64,000 bases of DNA, taken from NCBI GenBank assembly GCA_973895155.1, contig OZ316891.1, positions 11,902,771 to 11,966,770 of the forward strand, given 5' to 3'. This document shows, piece by piece, positions 26,420-38,856 of the stretch. The DNA comes from Marsupella aquatica (taxonomy: Eukaryota; Plantae; Marchantiophyta). Both the position numbers and the translations under genes were made by a program. Under the pieces are notes generated by a model. It made no database searches. It was not told the DNA's origin and worked only from the letters and a program-made list of their open reading frames with translations. Each line of letters begins with the position of its first letter. The stretch's first letter is position 1.

Positions 26420-26762
26420 GAGAGTCAATAGCCTTCCACCTTTGACTTGAATTTTGTATTCATGAAAAATTATTTTGGGAATCAAAGCATTAGAACTCTC
26501 TTCCTTTAGGGAGTTCACCTAAACTAAAAATTCCTGGTCTTGATCTTACACTGGATATATGGCTCCTTTGGAATAATCTTGAAAAGTCTTTGTAGACTGT
26601 TGTACACTTGCTCTTACTAAAGGGGCATTTATCACTACAAAAGTTGGTCCTAGAAAAAGTAAAAGAAACATGATCTTAGAGGGGAGGATCATAGAGCGTG
26701 CATATTCTTATGTTGGATGCTCGGCCATAGGAACTTTGCGCATCCCGGTAATTTCACGTCAA

Positions 26763-26885
26763 AATACAATGTATTCAGAATAATGCTTAGTAATTTAAAG
26801 ATAATAATTGGGTTTCTGGTGCACATGAAAAAACAATGTATTCAGAATAATGCTTGATAATTTAAAGATAATAAATGGGTTTCTT
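26763..26885. repeat. Tandem duplication, ~68 bp x2
   Basis: ACAATGTATTCAGAATAATGCTT...TTTAAAGATAATAA.TGGG occurs twice. Confidence 0.8.
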
Positions 26886-27779
26886 GTGGTATGGAGTGAC
26901 ATAGTACACAGTAGATTGTCACATTCTGATGTGCACCAGGATGTGAGCTTTATGTACTGCTACTTGGGCACTCATTAATCTGTTGAACAGGGCAAAGATG
27001 CAGCAGATTTTGGCTTGATTTGCTTTGTGTCCTTCTTTTATCATTTGCTACTTTTGAGAGGATCAGGATGAGCTGCACTAGGGGGTCTCAATAGGCAGGC
27101 CTTCCACATTTTTACGCCAATTGACCGTCGACCATGTTTACTCAGACGGTCTGAGGCAGGGATTTGCAAAATAATACTGAGATGCCCAGGGCAGGCTGCA
27201 TTTGGACTTTCAAGTCTGTTGGGTGATCCCAAAATGACAAGGGATACAAGTACCGAGAGCACCCGCCATATCGATTTTTAAATTTGGTACACATGGATCA
27301 CAGACAATGACTAAACACTGCAGCCTGGACTTGTTGACCTAAGTAGTCGCCCGTCACTTTTTGGGTCATGTCCGTTCCAACCATAACATGGACGGCGGTA
27401 TTTAACCGCGGCCCAAATATTGAGACCCCCTACTTTAGCGTTGGCTGAAAGGAAAAGTGGACAGGTTTTCATACACATTAATATATCCCAATTGACCTCC
27501 CACTGTTGTGCGTGTTGTAATTTGTGAGAATATTTGAAGACTAATGCATTGTCTATTGTGAATTTCCCCAATGTCTCTTAACGAGCCAAACACATAATAT
27601 GAAGCCCACCTGGACAAAGTGGTTTTCTCTGAAGCCCCCACGGATTTCCAAAGCTACGACAGACGGAGACAGAACATAAAAAGGCTGTTTGGATAACCCT
27701 CCTTGTAGTTTTCACTGACATTTACATTGTAAATGGCCTCCTGATTGTTTAGGGCTGCCTTCCATTAGTTTATGCGGGA

Positions 27780-28045
27780 GTAAGTCATTGCTCTTGCACA
27801 AGCTGTTCAGGGAGTCCTTCACAAAAGCAAAATGTCCTTCCCAAAAATGGTAAATTGCTGCTAATGCCCAAAATCACTTTGGGTGTGCTTGACAAAAGTG
27901 ACTTGTCCTTTCCCAAAGTAGTGACTGGCTGCTCATGCACAAACTACTAATTGCATCGTTCACAAAAGTGAAGCATCCTTCCACAAAGTATTGTCTGAGT
28001 CGTTGCTCATGCCCAAATTACTTAGTGAGTCCACAAAAGCGAACT
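27780..28045. repeat. Degenerate ~70-bp tandem repeat x4
   Basis: GCTC(A/T)TGC(A/C)CAA...CACAAAAG..TCCTT recurs at ~27791, 27860, 27931 and 28005. Confidence 0.65.
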
Positions 28046-28509
28046 CTCCGTTGACAATTGGTTTATAATTTTTGACAATTTTTGCACTCATTGGCAATAA
28101 AGGAATTTTCTTAAAAACTTCTCAAACTTTGTCAGGTAATAGGCTGGACATCAAAGAGCATGTAGGAAAGATTTGAGCTCAGACATAGATCCAAAACCTA
28201 TCAAAATAAATGCAGAAGTCCACCAAAAACTAGATGTACAAGTCTGCCAAAATCAGCATTTTACAGTTGGTCAGGGCACCTGGAAATACTATTAGGCATC
28301 CTTCTCAAAAGTTAAATATTTGTGCAAAAGCAGCGCGCCTGTGTGAATTTTGGGTGGAACATGAGACCCATTGTTACACAATCCATGGTGATGGGCAAAA
28401 CACACACCTTTGGTCCATCCAGGATTGAGTTTTGTCAAACACAAAGATATTTGAGAGGTGATTTGATTTGACGTGCAGGAAATGACCAATGATTTGCATT
28501 TGGATATAT

Positions 28510-29110
28510 TTACGGATCCCCATGGGAAGTTCCTTCCAAAATCCTTGGAAGCACGTGCAACCACATAAGCACTATTGGTCACAAGAACTGTTTGTTATGC
28601 AAAAAACACCAAACAAGACCATGTGTGTTTGAAACAAGTCAAAAAATAATAATTAGACCTTGTAACTGTAAAAACAATTGAAAACTGAAAAATAACATTT
28701 CAAATAAACAAAGAAAGGGGTGAAAAGGGGGTAAAATAAAATAATCTTTGGATGGGTTGTGATTGATATATCAGTGTTTTCCAGTAGATTGTATGAGTTT
28801 TCTATTCAATTAACAAATTTTGGAATAACCATGGGTAGAAAGAAACTCTTCAACTGCTGTAACATTTACCAAGATAACATAAGAAACCTTTCGATTACTA
28901 TGAAAAAAGGAACACCAAAAGAACAAAAGAAACCCTTTGACTACTATGGATAAAGAAATACCAAAAGAATGTAAGTAAGAAACCCTTTGGAAAAAGGAAC
29001 ACCAAGGGAACATAAGAAATCTCTTGACTACTATGGATAAAGGAATACCAAAGGAATATAATGAAGAAAACACTTTGGCTTCTATACCATTTTGCATGGA
29101 CTCTATGGAC
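28510..29110. repeat. Dispersed repeat, homologous to 13460-13930
   Basis: Same blocks as 13460-13930. Ends in tandem GACTACTATGGATAAAG.AATACCAA units. Confidence 0.7.
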
Positions 29111-29479
29111 GTAGGACTACCAAGCAAACATTGTGCATGCACTTCTTCCATGAATAATTTATTCATTTTGTCCTCTCATTTTCATATTCAAATTTATTCC
29201 AATATCCAATTTATGTCTTTTAATTTAGTTGTTGAATACCATCAAACTTACATAACCAAGGGGTACTCAAACTAATTGTCATTCCAACACTTAACTGGGA
29301 AACGCAGTCCCGCAAGTACAGAATCAATATCTGATTGTTCTATTCATATTTATATTCTGAAGTATGAACCGTTGAAAATGTCTGCTTGAACGGAAAGTAT
29401 CTTTTCTAAGTTACATCAAGTTGTCTAAACAAATTCAAAATTAAAGAAAGGAGGGTCAGCCAGCAGAAAATCGATACAT

Positions 29480-29875
29480 AGACGATCATTGTGACTAGCC
29501 TGACAAAGGGCAATTCATTATTCCATACGGATCTTCTCAATATTGTATGTGGTGAGTCCGTCAATTACTCTGTCCAGTGAGGCTGTGTCTTGGATTCCAA
29601 TTGTAGCACGGGATGAGGTTTGATTAATCATAATCAGGAGGTGAATATTGAGTAGCACAACTTGATACGCAGATTACGACATTTCAAAATACGAATCTGT
29701 CAGTCTGCTGGATCACAGTTGGCTCCCGTACAGGGCTTGATTGCTTCTGGTGTGGACTTCGCTTTACACAGTTAGGTGCTGATTAGAGCTGGGTCAATTC
29801 TGTTATCTTCATACGCTCATGTACCACTATCGCCTTAGTTTGGATTGTTCTTGCTGAAGGTATCCATTTGGGCAG
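29480..29875 (+). pseudogene. UMAMIT paralogue pseudogene fragment (end of exon 5 and exon 6 equivalents)
   Basis: cag|29734 reads GLIASGVDFALHS*VLIRAGSILLSSYA, then after a frameshift TTIALVWIVLAEGIHLG|gtac (29875). This matches exon 6 of the neighbour (GVISSGANFALQAWAIQKAGPVLIATY...LALIFLGESIHLG|) with the same splice phase. IFSILYV|gtgag at 29551 matches the exon 5 end ISVLYL|gt. Confidence 0.8.
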
Positions 29876-30408
29876 GTACAATTTACAATTCTACATGGAA
29901 CGCATGAATCTGGTAGCCATTAATAGTGTAACTATAGCCTCCAGACTGATCCCTACGAAATGAGTTCTGAGTGCATTACAAGAGTGACAGCTTCATCAGC
30001 AAAGTTTGAACCAATTCATGTCTTCTAGATTTAAAGAAGTTTACACAACTCAACAAGTGCGCAGCCAGTAGTGCGGTCATGGATTTTAGAGTTTAAGCAT
30101 TGCCAAGTGTCTTGAGAAGTTGCATGGTTCCATCAGTGCCTCAAAAACAAAGCGACTGGTTGGAGACAAACTTAGTGACTTCTCATTTTCAAATGTAGCA
30201 AATGGACGGCATAAAATGGTGCCAGAAATATACGGCTTGAACAGAACATTCTCCAGAAAGTTTCTTCCCCAATATTTCAAGAACAATCGAAACTACACGA
30301 AGCAAGTTCACGATCGCCACAACCTGGTTCCTCCATACGCCTTCCAATTAGTCTTTGGACATACTACAGACAAAGCTTCCAGCAATTAGATTGGGGCCAA
30401 AGACCTAC

Positions 30409-33400
30409 CTACCTAAGCAGAGGCTCTTCCAAGCTTGAGGTAGCTTTGATTGTTGGTAGGCCATCAGGAGTTGGTACAGCTTCTTTAGATAGTGAACCCA
30501 GCTTTCGACCCAGAATTTTTCCCCAGGTGATCAAATATAGTCCGCCAATGATGAGCAGAGTTCCCAATACGCTGCATACGAATCGGCTTGCTGAGCACTA
30601 AGTGGGTCTGAAATTGTTTTTCCAGAAAAAAAAATCTCACACTTATGCACTGCTTATACCAGTTTCAGGTAAACTCTTTTAAAGACTCCGGCCCAAAGCT
30701 GGAAAGATTAAATCAACACAACATGCAAGAGACACGACCGGAAGTTACAGAGTCCAGACAATAAAACCCAAATTGGGGTATACCTTCCCAAATGAATGCT
30801 TTCACCAAGAAAAATAAGCGCAAGAGTACTCGTGGCAAATGGCTGGAGAGGGTTGTATGTAGCTATGAGCACGGGACCGGCCTTTTGTATTGCCCACGCC
30901 TGGAGTGCAAAGTTTGCACCTGAAGATATCACGCCCTGAACATCAGCAACTTCTCACACCCATTAGAGGATCCCAGGTGAATTCGACTTGTGCTAGTCCA
31001 CATCTGCCATAACCCCGTGTTACGTTAGATCATATCAGAAACTGTCGACTAAAGATGAACAGAATTAAACAATTAAGATGATAAGAATACTAACCAAGTA
31101 TAACACTGAGATTATAGTTGAAGGCTGATGATAAATGACCCATTTAGAACTGTCCTGAACAGTAATGAGTCCTAGAATTGCAAGCATAAGGTCACCAACG
31201 ATAAATGTAAGTGCTGCCATAGAGAGTGGTGCTGGGAATCTTTCCAAAAGTGGAACCTGCCAACAGCGAGAAGTCAAATGTGTTATGAATTTTCTGGCCG
31301 TGCACGTCTAGTGCCCTTGAATGATATTAGCCCGAAAAGGTGCCACTCGACTATCACTGATTGAAAGGGCGTTTCTTCAAAATGAGTTCAACCATACATG
31401 CTGCCAGAACAAAACAATACTGCACTGCTAGAAAAAACTTTCATAATAATAGGAGTCAATTATGGCGTCTAATTTCTACCTGTAGTGAGATGAAGACAGA
31501 CAAAGCTAGTCCCGCAAGTAAAAATAAGATCACACCAATCTGCCAGGTTTGTATGCCAAGGTCTAGCATGGTAACTGGAGAGGAGCCATTGCCATCAACT
31601 TGCAATTCTGATCCAGGACTATTATATAAGCCTGGGGAAAGGGCGCCTAGAATTGCAGGGCCCTCGTAAACGGCTACAACTACACCCCCGCCGACGGCAC
31701 ATATAAAGCCTCCAACTTTTGCTTGCCCGTCAAACCTTCTCCAATTGATATCCTCCAAACTGCATGAAAGAATTTACATAAGTTTCGACTAAATAATACA
31801 AATTCTTACAGCAACATAGAAATTGAATTCGCAACGGCCTAAAGAAACCATATAGTAGAGCGGTGTCCAGGGAAGCCTTCAGAAGAGCCAACAATCAGTT
31901 GCAAACTATATTTGATTGTGTACAAATTGGCCCAGGAGAACCACATTTCAAGGAGAAAGATTTTTCACAATAAACAGTCCGTATGATTAAGAAACAACTG
32001 TCAGTGGGGCTAATCACTCGGATTTACGTATGTAGTTATCTAAAGCTCGTACATTTTTCTGGAACCCGACTGTTTTTCCTAAGCTCCATATTCGAAAAAA
32101 TGGGAGCATTGTGACAGAAGCTTTACCCAAATACTGCTGAGATGAAGAATACGCAAATTGGAACTGTGATAGAAATAATAGAAGAAAGTGACGCGGTTGC
32201 CAGTTTTAAGCCGAACAGCACCATCAGTTGGCTGCCAAATATCCTGCCGATCATAGTTTCAAGAAAATTCTCCATAAGGAAATCAGCAGGAGCACTTCCC
32301 TCAAAAAACCTTGTACCAGGGCAGTGCCAAGAAACTAGGCTGTCATAGAACGTGATGTTATGGAATTTGGAGATAGGAAGGACGCTTCATACCCCAGGAT
32401 ATAAACCATGAAGACTTCAGAAAGGCAGAGCAAACGCTGATCTAAAACTGGACCTCAGTTCTATCCCGAGCAAAAATCACACATAGACGGATCCAATTCC
32501 AAAAAGTCGTGATTGTAGCCAAGTTTGCCGCAATTGTGTTGCTAATTAAAATAATGGTCGACATGAAATCCCTTCGCTAATGCTTAGCAACGTTCCTAAT
32601 CATCAAGGATTAATTACAGTTGTGTTGAATTCTGAGAGGCTGGAAAATTCTGTATTCAAGTTCTTATATCGAAGCAACACATAGCACCGGCTATTCCTGT
32701 GGGACTTTGGACGGAAGCTGCAGGGTTTGCAAAGTCGATACTAAAACGCTCTCCCATAAATTTCTCAACCCGTGATTTGTGAATTTGAATATAGAGTTAT
32801 ACAAATGTACCCAAGTATTCGGAGTAACAATCACTACAGCTAGTACTGCACTGACAATCATTTGAAAATCAAGCTGCAACAGCAGTCGACCGTGCGACCT
32901 CAGATGGTACTCCCTCCGTCAACACTTCTACAAATAAATGTCACGCACTTAATGAGGTAATTGTCCTCATGGAAAATGTCATTTAAACTTCTAAATTAAA
33001 CCCACTTGGAAAGCACTCTGAACGTTATGGTGCAGTAGACTTGTAGATCTCCTTCACAACTCCTCTCAAAGATGATGGTACACTAGTTCAAGTGGAAATT
33101 TCTTTGTTAGAAGTGGTGCTCGATCTTATTCCAGCACTAAAGCGACAGATGCCACCAGGCTATTCTTGCGGAACTTTGACTGGAGCTGCGAGTATACGAA
33201 ATCAATTAAAATTCTCTCCAATTAATATCCCTACCCAATTGTGGATGTAGAGTGAGAGATGTGGCCAACTATTCTCAGAAACAGGGGGAGGAGTTACTTA
33301 TGCCGTCAAGCTTCAGCGGAGCAGCCTTGATTATCATTCTAAGTCTGAATGCCAGGAGAGTAACGAGTTGAGACACTCAAAATCCGGCTCCCCATTTAGT

Positions 33401-34993
33401 AGGAATGTCAGTGCAGGGAAGCTTCGTTAAAGGTTGCGCGGGGCAGGATTTGGTCACACCACAGAAGTACGACAGGAACCCCCACGGAACACCGCAGACC
33501 AAATATGCGAGGCATTTCCACAAGCAGCCGGATATCACTAACAACGCTGCAGGCATCAAGAGAACATACTCGTAGTCAAGAAGAAGACGGCGGTTCCTGG
33601 CGGTTCCTATCTTACTTCTGTGCAGTAACAAATGAGACCACACCCAAACCTCTTAGGAATGCACACCATTACGGGGTGAAAAATTGATTAGCTGGACCGA
33701 TTGCGAGTCAAATCAAGCACACCACTTTCGTCTCCATAGAACGTACAGGAACGGAGTGAAATGCCAACCCAATTATTCCAACAAGCAGAAGCAGTGTTAT
33801 CGTCGTTGAGTCGAGGCGGCTGCGTTTCCCTCTACAAAAATCAACCACATATCCATAAAAGTCAGATTTCCAGCAAAATACTCCATTGTCATTACTCAGT
33901 AACCGGAGACCTGAAAAATTATGGGAAAATGATGAACGAGGATGAACGCCATATTTTCGTCAAACGAAGAAGCTCCAGCTCGTAAAATCAATTGGTTTAA
34001 CCTTGGACAACTTCACGCACCATCCATTCGCCTCTTCAATTTGACAAAAAACCTTTTCATGACATGCATTGAACTGTCGGCTCTGCCTATTCAGAATAAC
34101 TAAGCTCTGGGACCTTGTCCCTCTTTCGCCAGAAAACATAATAAAAGAGAAACCTCTCTTCTTCAAGGTGACAGAAATGAGCTCGAAAACCAACTGGCAC
34201 CGGTCAGTTGGCCAGGGGTTCGGCCTAGAACAGCGAGGTCCTAGGTTCAATCCTCCTCCACATGCAAGGGTTCAATCTCCATCTCCCCTCTATATGCAAA
34301 GGTTGTGGAGGGTGAATGTGTGTGGTGTAGTGGTGTGGTCCTGGGTTTTCTCATCCTCTGGCTGGCCCACTTTGGGACTCTAGTCCAACCCTCTCTCCCT
34401 CCTAGTACTGGGTATGAACCCCCTTGTGGGCTACCCGATAGAGGTGCATGCTCAGGAGTTATGGGTCTCTTGGATGGGTCAGCTTTTGGTATTCAAAGCA
34501 AAGTAAGAAAGTGAGCTAAGGCAAAGTAAGGAATTGAGCTCGAAGTTCAGGTACTCATACCCAATCATTCATTAAACCCGTTCCTCCGGCACTCTAAATA
34601 TAAACTGCGTGTTGACGAGATTAACTAGCGTTCAGCATATGAACTGATTGTTCACGAGATTAATCAGCGTTCAGCTGCCAACAATGTACGATGCCGGACT
34701 CATATTTTCATTCAGTCACCAACTGTCCTATTTGTCATGATATTGCCGCAGAGCTGGAGCTGCCAGGATGCATACCTCTCGGCAAAATAAGCCAATGGGG
34801 CAATTGTAAAGATTGCAATCACATCCCGCTGCACAGCCAACACGATTGGGTTGACACCATTGGTCAGAGCAGCCTTGGCGACGATGTTGGCGCCCGCATA
34901 CCCACACTGCACCAGCACCAGCGCCCCATGGACGCTCCAGAGAATCCCTGCTGGAGGTTCCGATGTAGGAACAACGGAGGAAAGAGGAGCCAT
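30409..34993 (-). CDS. UMAMIT: WAT1-related / UMAMIT (nodulin MtN21, EamA-like) transporter; exon 2 unresolved, possibly defective
   Basis: GT-AG exons with consistent phases: 34993-34776, [candidate exon 2 ~32460/32455-32393], 32243-32127, 31759-31480, 31256-31095, 30935-30784, 30571-30409 (TAG). Motifs HGALVLVQCGYAG, GVNPIVLAVQRD, GQAKVGG, YEGP, RFPAPLS, KAGPVLIATYNPLQP, GLYLITWGK. Confidence 0.85.
34188..34530 (+). mobile_element. tRNA-derived SINE, copy 1, intronic and antisense to UMAMIT
   Basis: Starts AACCAACTGGC. A-box-like TGGCACCGGTCAGTTGG and B-box GGTTCAATCC. TSD GAA(A/T)TGAGCTCGAA at 34174-34187 and 34531-34544. Homologous to 50645-50972. Confidence 0.75.
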
Positions 34994-35422
34994 GCTTCCA
35001 AAATTGAAATGGCTGGCTTCGATGTTGGAACAGATGGTTTAGCTCTGCTCTGCTTCTGAAGACGATCTTTGTCAGCTACGTCCCGAAATATTTTTGTGCT
35101 GTTCTATAGCCTCTGTTTTATATGTGGCGTTTTTTCACTTCTTTGGTCTTTTGGTTTTTGTACTTTGTTTATCTCTTTTTCAGAAATTAAATTTGATGGT
35201 TGATTTTTCCTTTGTCTGAAGCTCATTCTGATCTTCTAAGCATCAATAATACAGCACGTGATTTATTATATTAGTTCCATGGGATGTCCACTGAAGACAA
35301 ACGTGACCTGGGTTCTTATAGTTGTTATTTCTAGAGCTTTGCTCAGGTATTGGCAAGTCACTGTCTACATTGCACTTAAAGTAGGTAGCCTAGAGGGTCA
35401 CTGCCTTCACTATAATTAATTA

Positions 35423-35778
35423 CACTGTTCACCATAATTAGTGTGACTAACACTAATTTGAGAGCACCCACTTTCAGGGTCTATTTGTGAATTAATGTTA
35501 GTCACACTAATTTTACGCACATGAATTAGTGTTACTATGGTCTTAAAAGTGGCAAAATAGAGAGAAAAAAATTATTTTGAAAAATATACAACAATTAGTG
35601 TTATTTTGGACTAAAGATCAGTCATTTTTAAAAAGCAATTTATACTAAAGTGAACCAAATCTGTTTTTGAAAACCAACAAAAATTAGTGTTACTTGGACT
35701 CAAAATCATTTTTATCAAAATAACATTCATTTTATAGGAACACTAATTTTTGCATAACACTAATTACGATTAACAATG
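35423..35778. mobile_element. Tc1/mariner-like MITE, old
   Basis: TA|CACTGTTCACCATAATTAGTGT ... ACACTAATTACGATTAACAATG|TA, imperfect TIRs. Many internal AACACTAATT/AATTAGTGTT motifs. Confidence 0.55.
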
Positions 35779-36015
35779 TAGGTACCCTAGAGTGAGGGTC
35801 TAGACTCCATTATTTGTGTGAAACCAATATTTTAGGCTTACATTAAAGTTACCAATGTTAAGTATGGGCTAACATTGATAATGGCTACAAAAAGTACCAT
35901 TTGTATTGATACTAATTAATTACTCACTAATCGGAGAGCAACTTGCCAGGCACAGCCCCCAAGGAAAAATCCCACGTCATGACGTCAATACATTTGGCAT
36001 CATAGCTACTGATCA

Positions 36016-37017
36016 GAGATATATGCTTGATGGGCCCCCTGGTGAACCTTTCTTACCTGATGGGTCCCTAGGTAACTTTTTTTACCAAGTAGGACCCCTC
36101 TTAATGACCAGTACACCTGTTCTTGTGTGGTGCCTACACCTGTCCTTGTGTGGTGCCTACTATGTATGGTGACTCCAAGCAAACTGCATAGTTGAACCGT
36201 GCAGTCAACCTTGCATGGTCGACCGAGAAACCATGGAGATGATTCGAGAGAAACCGCAAAAAGAGGCTACCGCTGTCAAAACTATGATTTGAAAACAATA
36301 TGCATTATGTCTTTGGATTCAATGGGTTAATGCCTGAAGACTCAATGGATTATGTCTTCCCGTGTTTCAAGGTTTAGGGTTTAGGGTGTACCCCGACACC
36401 TTTGGGTTTGTCTTCTTTTGAAATTGTTTGTATGCATTGCACAGGGAGTATTACCATTTTTTGAGCGCAATTGTCAATCATTTGCCAATTTTTGTTGTGG
36501 CGGCAGTAGGCAAATTCTGAACATTGAACTTGAATATTCTTTGTGGACATTTGGAGGTACCCCACATTGACGATGACAGTCGTGCATGGAAACATCATGA
36601 AAAACCCATGTGTGCAACGTGAAAAACATACCTAATAACTAGTACCCCATGATACGGTAAAAATTTGAACCCCGAAGACATAATCCATTGTGTCTTCAGG
36701 CATTAACCCAGTGAATCCGAAGACATAATGCATATTGTCTTCAAATCGCAGTTTCGACAGTGGCAATCGCTTTTCGTGGTTTTTCCCGAATAATCTCTGT
36801 GGTTTCTCGGTTGACCATGTAAAGTCGACCGCACGGTTCAACTGTGCAGTTTGCTTGGAATCACCATACATAGTAGGCACCACACAAGGACAGGTGTAGG
36901 CACCACACAAGAACAAGTGTACTGGTCATTAAGAGGGGTCCTACTTGGTAAAAAAAGTTACCTAGGGGCCCATCAGGTAAGAAAGGTTCAACAGGGGGCC
37001 CATCAAGCATATATCTC
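36016..37017. mobile_element. Non-autonomous Mutator-like element with ~345-bp TIRs
   Basis: GAGATATATGCTTGATGGGCCCCC... (36016 to ~36359) is inverted relative to ~36674-37017. Perfect 10-bp TSD CTACTGATCA at 36006-36015 and 37018-37027. Confidence 0.92.
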
Positions 37018-37045
37018 CTACTGATCACTTCTGAAGTATGGGGAC

Positions 37046-37859
37046 GAGTTATTGCATAATGCAAACAAACAGGAATTTTGGGTAGTGGGAGAGTGTTGTT
37101 AACTACCGTCTTCCCCCGAACACAGCGCCCGGGCGTTGTGCTCGAAAGTTGAAAATTTAGTGTCATTATACAAAAAAACATGTTTTCTTTGAACACAACG
37201 CCACATTTACACAGCACCCGGGCGTTGTGTTCGAATTTGGCATTGTGTTTGGGGACGACGTTGTGTTCAAACTTGGGCACTATGTTTGAGTGAGGGGTTT
37301 GCTGTAGTGTCTTCCATTACAATGAAGTGTTCGAAGTTGACGGTATGTTGGAGTGAGGACATTGTGAAAGCAAACAAAAAGCTATCGACAATGAGCGCAC
37401 CCGTGAGCGCACTGAAAGCAAATATGTTTCACATTATAATTATATGCCACTATTCAAACACAATGTTAATTTTCAAACACAACGCCAATATTCAAACACA
37501 ACGCCACATGTTACAAAAATCCAAAACAAAGTGTCAAAACTCAAACACAACGCCCAGGGCTCACTAATCTAATATAACGCCCCTTGACTCACTATTCGAA
37601 TATAATGCCCGGGCGCTGTGTTCGGGGGAAGACGGTAGTCACTAGTGATTTTAAATTTCGTTCTATTTTTGTTGCCTTTTATATTTTATTGTTTTTTTAA
37701 GACTCCTGATGGCTAACAAGTTTGCTAGCCAAAATATGAGTCCCACAAATGGATGTTACCAACCAGGTTGTATTAGCAAGACACTCACATATAGAAATAT
37801 AAGCCTGGGGTTATGTGAATTAAAAAAATGCTCTTGCGAGGAAAATTTTACAATGACCC
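37046..37859. mobile_element. Mutator-like MITE family B, copy 2, split by a pogo-like MITE
   Basis: Left end GAGTTATTGCATAATGCAAACAAACAGG, right end TTACAATGACCC. TSD (T/C)ATGGGGAC on both sides. Confidence 0.7.
37106..37634. mobile_element. pogo/Tc1-mariner-like MITE
   Basis: TA|CCGTCTTCCCCCGAACACAGCGCCCGGGC ... GCCCGGGCGCTGTGTTCGGGGGAAGACGG|TA, a perfect ~29-bp TIR. Internal AACACAACGCC repeats in both orientations. Confidence 0.9.
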
Positions 37860-38856
37860 CATGGGGACTATATGAAGTGGAATGAAGGAGCAGGAATCAA
37901 TGTGCTTGTGCTCCAATCACATCCTTTTCTGAGATTGCTTCCTTTCTGATTGCTACAACATTTCCTTTGTGACCATGGTGTACCTATCCAATAATTGCTC
38001 AATGTCAATTGGATAATTCTCAACCAAGGAGCTTTCTTGGATGCATTTGACAAAATCTTGGTCCCTTAGGTGTATATAAGTTACTAGTGGAACTTTAGAA
38101 CTTAGGAATAGACTACTCACTTGAGACCATAGGCTCCCATGTGTGAATTTCAATCCTGAATTATTTGTAAGTTAGATTTATGGCTATTTAAGCACAACCT
38201 TATTCATTCCAAGAGAAAAAGATAGGAAATTAGCTTGTGCACTCCCTACTATTATGTTAGGAAGCTATACCTGTTCTCCTTCTTTGATCACTTTTTAATT
38301 TTAAAATTAATGCATACAGTACATACTCAGTGTTCACGTAAAAATGCTCATAATATCTTTAAATTTGCATCACAAAATTATTTTGATGTTTCATAAGCAC
38401 TCTAAAACCATTTTATTAGTTGGGTACAAAATTCTAATAAGATTTATTGTTTAATTGCACAAGCTAGGGTAACATTACACTAGTAAATGTTGTTGCCAAT
38501 GATTTGTATTGGCTAAATTAACGCCCAGATGGACTATGTTGTCTCTAGCTATCTAGTATGGACTATGATAGGAGACAAACCATTTTACACATGATCATGA
38601 GAGGGCCCAACTACAAATAAATGGGGTCCAACTACAAATGAATGGGGCCCAACTACAAATGAATGGAAAATTATCTCATTAATTATTTACCTACATATTT
38701 GTCACCCTAACACAAGTATATTTACCGCCTTTGTGTGATTCTCTCCAGATCGAACACCTTTGTAAAATAAAATATGAAAAACCCTTATATCCGATTCTGT
38801 CAGCATCATAACATCTCATCTTAATAGTATCGGATATTGACAATTGGACTCATATC

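Noticed and set aside
34191-34262. tRNA gene (also at 50648-50712)
   Set aside because: A/B boxes present but no full cloverleaf; followed by a shared body, A-rich tail and TSD, so a SINE head.
36372-36387. TTTAGGG telomere-like repeats (also ~4969 and ~49399)
   Set aside because: Only about two units each; too short to call interstitial telomere.
35906-37280. Two ORFs sharing RYMLDGPP...GAYYVW on opposite strands
   Set aside because: Artefact of the MULE terminal inverted repeats.
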